Source: an uncultured Oligoflexus sp. (GTDB lineage Bacteria > Bdellovibrionota_B > Oligoflexia > Oligoflexales > Oligoflexaceae). Taken from it: a stretch of 12,478 nt of DNA. Below, one piece after another: positions 1-6,308 of the stretch (its first letter is position 1; each line of letters opens with the position of its first letter). The position numbers were made by a program, and so were the translations under genes. Location of the stretch: NCBI GenBank assembly GCA_964236955.1, contig CAXSGP010000014.1, positions 1 to 12,478 on the forward strand. Reading direction: 5' to 3'. The notes under the pieces are model-generated. The model ran no database searches and was not told the DNA's origin. It saw only the letters and a program-made list of their open reading frames with translations.

Positions 1-148
1 CCATGTTTATGCTAGTCCCATAAAAAAGCTTTCCATTTCAATATCTTGGGATAAGGCTTAGCGTAGCCTTCAGGCATTGGCCTGTAAAGCCTGGCACGAC
101 GCATCCTCCCAACTTTTGGACAGAAGTTGGGATTGGGGCGACTAGTCC

Positions 149-178
149 TTGCGTTACGTTGAGACAATGTTACATTGT
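149..178 (+). promoter_or_regulatory. Putative sigma70 promoter of the TA operon with overlapping palindromic operator
   Basis: TTGCGT (149-154), 16 nt spacer, TACATT (171-176) preceded by TG at 168-169 (extended -10). Perfect inverted repeat ACAATGT-T-ACATTGT at 164-178 covers the -10. Confidence 0.55.
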
Positions 179-240
179 TACTCATGGGGTTTATAAGAAC
201 TGCCGATAAGCAGGCAGAGCTTCAAATAAGGAGGCCCGTC

Positions 241-591
241 ATGGGAGCCGTGAAAAATAAGCCAAAAATCAAAGAGATCCAAGAAGAGGCCCAGGCCCCT
301 GCCGGCCAACTCGCAATAGGTACGGAAAAATATCTGATCCAGCCGGACGGTCGTGGGAGGATTCTCATTCCTGGCCTTAAAGGTGTAGAGGTCGTGCAGG
401 TGGAAGCTTTGAATGAGTACGAATTTATCGTTCGCCGCATGAGCACAGTCCCAGAGCGTGAGCAATGGCTCTGGAATAACCCAGTGGCCATGGCTTCGGT
501 CCAAAAGGGTCTTTCGCAGGCTAAAGCCGGAGAGTTCGCCCAGGCGCCATCCATGGATGATGACGAGTGGCTGGAGGACGACAAGGAGTGA
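241..591 (+). CDS. AbrB/MazE/SpoVT-like DNA-binding protein, putative type II antitoxin (116 aa)
   Basis: Strong SD AAGGAGG just before ATG 241. AbrB-type 'QPDGRGRILIP' motif, C-terminal 'PEREQWLWNNP...SVQKGLSQAKAG' helix and acidic tail MDDDEWLEDDKE. Stop overlaps the next start (GTGA). Confidence 0.7.
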   Translation: MGAVKNKPKIKEIQEEAQAPAGQLAIGTEKYLIQPDGRGRILIPGLKGVEVVQVEALNEYEFIVRRMSTVPEREQWLWNNPVAMASVQKGLSQAKAGEFAQAPSMDDDEWLEDDKE

Positions 592-947
592 GCGAAACCC
601 CCAAAGAGGTGAAGTGGACGCCGGAAGCGAAAGAGGTATATGAGAAGCTTCGGCAAGCCGCAAAGGTAGCGAGCACCGCTCGCAAAAAGTCAGCTAAGAC
701 GAAAACCTCAAAACAGGAAGGTCTCTATATTCAGGTCAAGGGTACAATCAAATTGATGATGGAAAATCTTCGTCATCCAAGCCTCAAGACCCACGAATAT
801 AATTCGATGAAAAACCCCTTTGATGCGAAGGGAAAAGTCTTCGAGGCCTATGCACAGAATAAGACGCCGGGCGCTTATCGCGTATTTTGGGTCTACGGTC
901 CAGGGCAAAAAGATATTACGATCATCGCAGTTACGCCCCATCCATAA
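588..947 (+). CDS. Putative RelE/ParE-fold type II toxin (119 aa)
   Basis: GTG 588 overlaps the upstream TGA, SD GGAGG at 573-577. RelE-like layout: N-terminal 'VKWTPEAKEVYEKL', 'HPSLKTH', C-terminal strands 'AYRVFWVYGP...ITIIAVTPHP'. Strongly basic (22 K/R vs 11 D/E). Confidence 0.65.
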   Translation: MSETPKEVKWTPEAKEVYEKLRQAAKVASTARKKSAKTKTSKQEGLYIQVKGTIKLMMENLRHPSLKTHEYNSMKNPFDAKGKVFEAYAQNKTPGAYRVFWVYGPGQKDITIIAVTPHP

Positions 948-1224
948 GGTTTGGAATACATCAGCACTATCCCGCATGAGCCACTGCCCAGAAGAAGGCT
1001 CAATCATCCGAACCACCGGCAGGTAATAGACCAAGTGTCGATGATTGTTCGAGGCTGGTTAGCCTCCTTCGCGCTATCTGATAATCATGGCAGCTGCTGG
1101 AAGTTTATCCTCGAAGTTGCTCGAATGATTTTCCATAGGTTTAATCGGCGAGGCAGCACGGGGAGTACCGAGCAATGGGAAAGAGATGGAAAAGAAAAGC
1201 TTTCCCGCCTCGTTCATCCACCCA

Positions 1225-2460
1225 TTAAAAAGAAATCCCCTCCGACTGAACCAGCTCCAAAGTATCCCGAGCAATCATAATCTCTTCGTTGGTGGGTATC
1301 ACCCTCACTTCGATTGGACTGCCCGCTTTCGATATAAGACCTTCTTTTACCTTGCACCTATCGAGGCTTCCATTGGCATCGCTATCAAATTGAATGCCAA
1401 GATGATCGAGGCCCGATACGATCTTCTGTCGAATCAAACTTGCATTCTCGCCGATGCCGCCGGTGAAAATCACCGCCTTGATTGGACCGATGGCGGCTAG
1501 GTAGGAACCTAAATATTTACGAGCCCGATAGGCAAAGATATCAATTGCCAACTGTGCGCGCCGATCTTTATTCTCAGCAACCTCCGCCATCAAATCTCTC
1601 ATATCGCTGGTGATCCCCGATATTCCAAGGAGCCCGGAGTTGCGGTTGAGCATCGACTGCACTTCATGAAAGCTCAGCCCTTCCTTTGTCCCGATCATTT
1701 CAATAGCCGAAGGGTCAATATCGCCAGATCGAGTTCCCATCACCAGGCCTTCGGTCGGTGTCATTCCCATCGACGTATCGATGGAAAGGCCTTCTTTGAT
1801 AGCGCAAGCTGAGCAGCCGTTGCCCAAATGAAAGATGATGAGGTTACAGTCTTCTTTGCGGAGGCCTGTGATCTCTCGAAAGCGTTTGCCGATAAAGCGG
1901 TAAGAGGTTCCATGAAATCCATAGCGTCGAATCTTGTGCCGACGATAGGTGGAATAGGGAAGGGCATAGAGCCAGGCCGCCTCCGGCATCGTCGTATGAA
2001 AGGCCGTATCAAAGACAGCCACCTGCGGAATCGCTGCGCCCAGGATATCGCCTATCGCTTCGATGCCTTTGATATTGGCGGGATTGTGCAGCGGCGCGAG
2101 TTCGATGCAGTCCGCAAGTGTTTTTAGGATCTCTGGGGTGATCAATACTGAATTTTTGAAATGCTCTCCACCATGCACCACGCGATGGCCCACGGCATGA
2201 ATATCGCCAAGGCCTTTGAAGCCCGGAATATGCTCGTGATTTTGGAGCAGTGTCTTGATGACGAAGTTTAGGGCCTGGGTCGTATCGCGCAGCGGCGCCG
2301 TGTATTTGCTTGCTTTGGTACCTGTGGTGATCGAAAGCAGGGCTTCGCCGCCAATGCGATCGACGACTCCCGTGACCAAAACGACTTCGGAGTCTGCTTT
2401 CAGGGAGACGAGCTGAAATTTAAGGGACGAGCTACCGGTATTAAGGACTAGAATGTTCAT
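1225..2460 (-). CDS. ackA: Acetate kinase
   Basis: Motifs VLNTGSSSLK, GHRVVHGG, LAPLHNP, VFDTAFH, RRYGFHG, HLGNG, DTSMG, FTGGIGEN, IPTNEE. Start reassigned to MNILVLN (2460), which has SD GAGG and is the family-typical N-terminus. Confidence 0.96.
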   Translation of the reverse strand: MNILVLNTGSSSLKFQLVSLKADSEVVLVTGVVDRIGGEALLSITTGTKASKYTAPLRDTTQALNFVIKTLLQNHEHIPGFKGLGDIHAVGHRVVHGGEHFKNSVLITPEILKTLADCIELAPLHNPANIKGIEAIGDILGAAIPQVAVFDTAFHTTMPEAAWLYALPYSTYRRHKIRRYGFHGTSYRFIGKRFREITGLRKEDCNLIIFHLGNGCSACAIKEGLSIDTSMGMTPTEGLVMGTRSGDIDPSAIEMIGTKEGLSFHEVQSMLNRNSGLLGISGITSDMRDLMAEVAENKDRRAQLAIDIFAYRARKYLGSYLAAIGPIKAVIFTGGIGENASLIRQKIVSGLDHLGIQFDSDANGSLDRCKVKEGLISKAGSPIEVRVIPTNEEIMIARDTLELVQSEGISF

Positions 2461-2579
2461 CTTTAGCCTCAAAAATCTCTGGGGCAACCTCTGCTCAAGG
2501 CTCTCAACCAATATAGGTGCCATGAACCCAAAGATAGCACACCGTCAAGAAGAAAATATTAATTATCCAGCGCATATTT

Positions 2580-2712
2580 ACTCCCTGGCACACCGAACTC
2601 GAAGGGCGCAGAACGTTCTGCGCCCGCTTCCGAGGTGTCGGCAATAATTGCCTGGAGTTGAGGAAAAAGACGCAAGCGGTTCGCTTTCGCGGGCAATTCC
2701 TACCCTGGGGGA
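2580..2712. other. Highly structured intergenic element (candidate ncRNA, cis-regulatory RNA or palindromic repeat)
   Basis: Perfect 22-bp palindrome at 2604-2625 with flanking extensions and additional stems (see findings). No known RNA family recognised. Confidence 0.4.
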
Positions 2713-2753
2713 TATGAGATAATGGGCAGGAACCTCAGGAATGGGAGCTTTTA

Positions 2754-2996
2754 ATGGCTGGAGCCTTTGAAATAGCAACAAAGTCAGCGATCCGGGAAAT
2801 CATATTGAATTCTGCCCAGGAGTCGCGTTTTGGCTTTATACTGTCGCCTGACAGCCTCGACGACATCAACAATCAGCTCTTTGATCTGATCTTGACGAGT
2901 CGCAATCTCAAGGCTGCCGGGGATAAAATGCTGGCGCAAGGCGTGCCGCAGGTGCCAAGCAATGGCGCTTCCTATCGGCCGCAGCTTAAGCGCTAA
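2754..2996 (+). CDS. Hypothetical small protein (80 aa)
   Basis: ATG with GGGAG SD upstream, amphipathic helical-looking sequence, fills the gap between ackA and the HDOD gene. Its 3' end overlaps the convergent HDOD gene by 11 nt. Confidence 0.6.
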   Translation: MAGAFEIATKSAIREIILNSAQESRFGFILSPDSLDDINNQLFDLILTSRNLKAAGDKMLAQGVPQVPSNGASYRPQLKR

Positions 2997-4023
2997 AGTG
3001 GGATTTCCAAAGAGATTCAAGCTCGGTTTCAAAAGCATCAAGCATTTTTTGATCGATATTAAAGCGATCAAGAAGATCCAGAAAGTGGCCTTTGTTCGTT
3101 TGTTTGGTGTCATTGGGATCGATCCAGTGACACATCTGGTTGGCGAGTGCCGCCAGCTCCCACAGGCTGATAACCTTGCTCTTAGCGAAAACCGGGCTAC
3201 GGTGGTGCAGGGCTATACTTTCCAATAGCTCTTCTGGAAAACCCCAAAACGCTGCCCCTATTTCACCCAATACCGTATGTTCATACCCTTTGTGTCTATG
3301 CTCGGCCTGGGTCCAGCTGCCCTGGATGCGGATATCCGCCATTTCCATTGCATAATAATCGGCGGTTCGTGGATCGACGATTGCTTGCACGATTTTTCCG
3401 ATATTGCAGGTGCTGCCCGCGAGAAAAGCCAGTTCAGCCGTAAAATCAAGTTTAAGTTGAGTGACCAGATGTTCGGCAATTCGGCCTGTGAAAAAAGCCC
3501 GGTCCCAGAAATCCTTTCCAGAAAATATTGTAGTGTTTAACTGAAAGCGACTGACGGCCGCGATCATCACCATATCCCGCAGACTGTCGGTCCCGATAAA
3601 AACGATGGCATGCGAGAGACTGCGTATCAGCTGTCCATCGCGGGTCTTTTGATTGTTCGCAACCCGAAGGACCGCCGCAGCAAGTAGCGAATCGTATTTC
3701 ACGAGTTTGGCCATCTGGTCGGGCGTGGCGTTTTTATCCTCCATCAGTTTTTGCAGTTCCATGACATAGTTGGGCAGATGGGGAAGTTGAGTTTTCGAGG
3801 CAATTTTATTGAATATGGATTGCGCGTCTTCGGAAAGATGATGGGCAGGATCATACCAATCAAATTTGCCTTTGATAATAATGCCTGTCGAATGGCAGCT
3901 GCAGTTGTACCAGAGGTGACCCTGATCACATATACGCCAACGCGAAGTGTTGCTCAGGAATTCATCCGGAGTCATAAACTGTCGCTGACAGGAATTGCAG
4001 ATTTTAATAGGATTGATGGCCAT
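2986..4023 (-). CDS. HDOD-domain protein with N-terminal Cys/His-rich (putative zinc-binding) module
   Basis: HDOD hallmarks LPHLP, D-x-x-LAAAVLRVAN, IRSLSHAIVFIG, FW, HTVLG...WGFPEELLESIALHH. N-terminus has CxxC...C-x3-H-x4-CxCH. Start placed at ATG 4023 (GGAG upstream); 4056 is also possible. Confidence 0.85.
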   Translation of the reverse strand: MAINPIKICNSCQRQFMTPDEFLSNTSRWRICDQGHLWYNCSCHSTGIIIKGKFDWYDPAHHLSEDAQSIFNKIASKTQLPHLPNYVMELQKLMEDKNATPDQMAKLVKYDSLLAAAVLRVANNQKTRDGQLIRSLSHAIVFIGTDSLRDMVMIAAVSRFQLNTTIFSGKDFWDRAFFTGRIAEHLVTQLKLDFTAELAFLAGSTCNIGKIVQAIVDPRTADYYAMEMADIRIQGSWTQAEHRHKGYEHTVLGEIGAAFWGFPEELLESIALHHRSPVFAKSKVISLWELAALANQMCHWIDPNDTKQTNKGHFLDLLDRFNIDQKMLDAFETELESLWKSHFSA

Positions 4024-4111
4024 GCGAATATGCTCCGCCTTTTGTCCATAGTTCATCGGAATGAATACCCAAAGGTGAAGGACATTCCTTCCATCGCATC
4101 CGTAGAGGGCC

Positions 4112-4140
4112 TTAAGTTATTGAAATTTAATATTTAAAAT
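4112..4140 (+). promoter_or_regulatory. Putative sigma70 promoter upstream of sORF-miaE-pepQ
   Basis: TTAAGT (4112-4117), 17 nt, TAAAAT (4135-4140) in an AT-rich divergent intergenic region. Confidence 0.35.
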
Positions 4141-4170
4141 CTGAATTATGACCCATAAAGGAGGGTGTTT

Positions 4171-4251
4171 ATGAAGCGGTGTCGAGCTTCTGTTACGCTT
4201 AGATTGCCGGAATGGAAAAGGCATTGTATAGCAATAGGTTTGAAGCCCTAG
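4171..4251 (+). CDS. Candidate 26-aa small ORF / leader peptide (MKRCRASVTLRLPEWKRHCIAIGLKP)
   Basis: Near-consensus SD AAGGAGGG (4158-4165) 5 nt before ATG 4171. TAG at 4249-4251, 13 nt before the miaE start. Confidence 0.3.
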   Translation: MKRCRASVTLRLPEWKRHCIAIGLKP

Positions 4252-4264
4252 TTATGGATACTCC

Positions 4265-4855
4265 ATGGCCATTATTCACGATAAATTGCCCCTTCGTGCC
4301 GCAACCCCCGAGGCTTGGCTTGAGGCCGTGAAGGCCGATTTTCCGGCCTTTCTCCAGGATCATGCGCTGTGCGAGAAAAAAGCTGCGGCTAACGCCATGG
4401 CGTTTGTTGGTCGTTACCTGGATCGGGAAGCCCTGGTGGAACCGATGATCTGTCTGGCCAAGGAAGAATTGCAGCACTTTCACGAGGTGTATCGCCTTTT
4501 GCATAAGCGCGGCCTGACCCTCGGTGAGAACGAAAAAGATCCCTACGTCGTCACGCTCTTGCGCAATGCGCGGCATGGGCCCGAGGAGCATTTTCTCGAC
4601 CGACTTCTTATCGGAGCTTTAATTGAGGCAAGAAGCTGCGAGAGATTTTGCTTGCTTGCCGAAGGCTTGCATGACGAAGATATGAAAAGCTTCTATGGGC
4701 GGCTGTCTCGGGAAGAAGCTGGGCACTTCAAGATATTTCTACGCATCGCGCGCCATTATTTCGATGATAAGCACGTTCAGCAAAGACTGGACGAGTTGCT
4801 CGATCGTGAGGCGGAAGCCATGCTTTCCACTGCTTTACGCGCGGCAGTTCACTGA
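4265..4855 (+). CDS. miaE: tRNA-(ms2io6A37) hydroxylase, ferritin-like di-iron enzyme
   Basis: DHALCEKKAAANAM, EELQHF, LLIGALIEARSCERF, EEAGHF motifs; 196 aa is typical for the family. Confidence 0.93.
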   Translation: MAIIHDKLPLRAATPEAWLEAVKADFPAFLQDHALCEKKAAANAMAFVGRYLDREALVEPMICLAKEELQHFHEVYRLLHKRGLTLGENEKDPYVVTLLRNARHGPEEHFLDRLLIGALIEARSCERFCLLAEGLHDEDMKSFYGRLSREEAGHFKIFLRIARHYFDDKHVQQRLDELLDREAEAMLSTALRAAVH

Positions 4856-4867
4856 AAGGGATTATCC

Positions 4868-6178
4868 ATGAGTTTGAGAAGTCTGTTTAACGAGCATGCG
4901 AATATACTTCAGGCAAATACCGAGGAGATTCTCAACGAGCTTAAGCTTGATGCTCTGGTTATAGGCGCAGGAGAGCCCGTTGGTTATTTTGAGGACGATC
5001 AGGATGTGGCCTATCGATGTAATCATCATTTCCGCCATTGGTGTCCAATCGAAGGTCCCCAACACCTTCTCAGGATCGTCATCGGCCAAAAGCCTTTGCT
5101 TCGCGTGTATAAACCTGCTGATTTTTGGTATGAGGTGAAGCCCCTCGGCCAGGAGTTCTGGATCGACGCCTTTCAGATAGAAATATGTGATAAGGTCGAA
5201 GATCTGTGGCAAGGCATAGCTGGCAAGGGTGCTACCGCCTATCATGGTCCCGACCGGGCCATGGCCCTTAAGAATGAATTGCAGGTCGACGTCGAAGGCC
5301 TCACCGCCCGCCTCAATTGGAATCGCCTTAGTAAAACCCCCTATGAGCAGCAATGTCTCGTCGATGCCACCCGTATCGCCGCGAAGGGTCATATCGCAGC
5401 CGAGCGCGCCTTTCGTCAGGGCGGCAGTGAACTCGATATTCATTTCGCTTATCTGCAGGCAACGCGTTGCCGCGAGATCGATCTTCCTTACGAAAACATC
5501 ATCGCTCTCAATGAAAAGAGCGCTTTTCTTCACTATGCGGAGAAACGCGATGACGTTCATAACGGGCGCGTTCTGTTGATTGACGCGGGTGCCAACGCTC
5601 GCGGCTATGCTTCGGATATCACCCGGACCTATGCGACCGAAGACGCGCCCGAGGAATTTCGGGCTTTGCTTGATGATATGACCAGGATGCAAAAGGAGAT
5701 CTGCGCCTCCATCCGGCTTCATATGCCGATGAATGATTTGCACTTGAATACCCATGAGCGAATCGCCGAACTCCTCGTCGATCACAAAATCCTTTTGGGG
5801 ATTGATGGGCCTGGGGCCCTGAAAGCCGGGTTGACTTTGCCGTTCTTTCCGCATGGACTGGGGCATATGCTTGGCATCTTCGTACATGATGTCGCCGGTC
5901 GACAGACGACTCGGGATGGACAGATAGGAGAGCCCGATCCTCGCTTTCCAAAGCTTCGCTCCCTCCGGCCGCTGGAGGTCGGAACTACAGTTACCATCGA
6001 ACCCGGCCTGTATTTCATAAAGATGCTTCTCGACCCTTACCGTCATGGGGAATTCACTAAGATATTCAACTGGACTCTTATCGAAAGATTGATGCCCTGC
6101 GGAGGTATCCGCATCGAAGATAACGTCGTTATTCTTGAAAAGCAGGTCTTTAACGTCACGCGTGAGTTCCTGCCTTGA
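4868..6178 (+). CDS. pepQ: Xaa-Pro dipeptidase (prolidase, M24B)
   Basis: N-terminal FEDDQ...HFRHW.P...DFWY, then LLIDAGA..GYASDITRT, FFPHGLGH.LG..VHDV.G, TIEPGLYF, GGIRIEDN. Starts 12 nt downstream of miaE. Confidence 0.93.
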   Translation: MSLRSLFNEHANILQANTEEILNELKLDALVIGAGEPVGYFEDDQDVAYRCNHHFRHWCPIEGPQHLLRIVIGQKPLLRVYKPADFWYEVKPLGQEFWIDAFQIEICDKVEDLWQGIAGKGATAYHGPDRAMALKNELQVDVEGLTARLNWNRLSKTPYEQQCLVDATRIAAKGHIAAERAFRQGGSELDIHFAYLQATRCREIDLPYENIIALNEKSAFLHYAEKRDDVHNGRVLLIDAGANARGYASDITRTYATEDAPEEFRALLDDMTRMQKEICASIRLHMPMNDLHLNTHERIAELLVDHKILLGIDGPGALKAGLTLPFFPHGLGHMLGIFVHDVAGRQTTRDGQIGEPDPRFPKLRSLRPLEVGTTVTIEPGLYFIKMLLDPYRHGEFTKIFNWTLIERLMPCGGIRIEDNVVILEKQVFNVTREFLP

Positions 6179-6213
6179 TGAGTTCGAAATAATTTTTGCT
6201 TATAAAATAAAAA

Positions 6214-6235
6214 GAGGAGTCCCTGAGGGCTCCTC
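6214..6235 (-). terminator. Intrinsic terminator for the minus-strand gene 6309-6974
   Basis: Stem GAGGAGTCC/GGGCTCCTC with a 4-nt loop; on the minus strand it is followed by TTTTTATTTT. Confidence 0.75.
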
Positions 6236-6308
6236 AAATCATACTCGGGGTAATGCTGATACTATCGTCATTAACATGGCGACAAGGATAGGTACAGACG
6301 ACTGTTCC

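Noticed and set aside
178..663. Antisense ORFs of 161 and 144 aa over the antitoxin
   Set aside because: No SD or motifs; the plus-strand pair has SDs, translational coupling and family motifs.
150..1066. TA pair as an integron cassette (GTTACGT at 153, GTTAGCC at 1058)
   Set aside because: No RYYYAAC inverse core after the toxin stop, no attC-like fold and no integrase in the window.
951..1280. 109-aa plus-strand ORF after the toxin (possible third TA component)
   Set aside because: TTG start without a clear SD, no motif, atypical composition, and a 56-nt overlap with the ackA 3' end.
2584..2604. 5S rRNA-like words (CCTGGC, CCGAACTC-GAAG)
   Set aside because: Spacing and the remaining sequence do not fit 5S rRNA, and there is no rRNA operon context.
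4862..6046. 394-aa minus-strand ORF
   Set aside because: Antisense shadow of the well-supported pepQ; no recognisable motifs.
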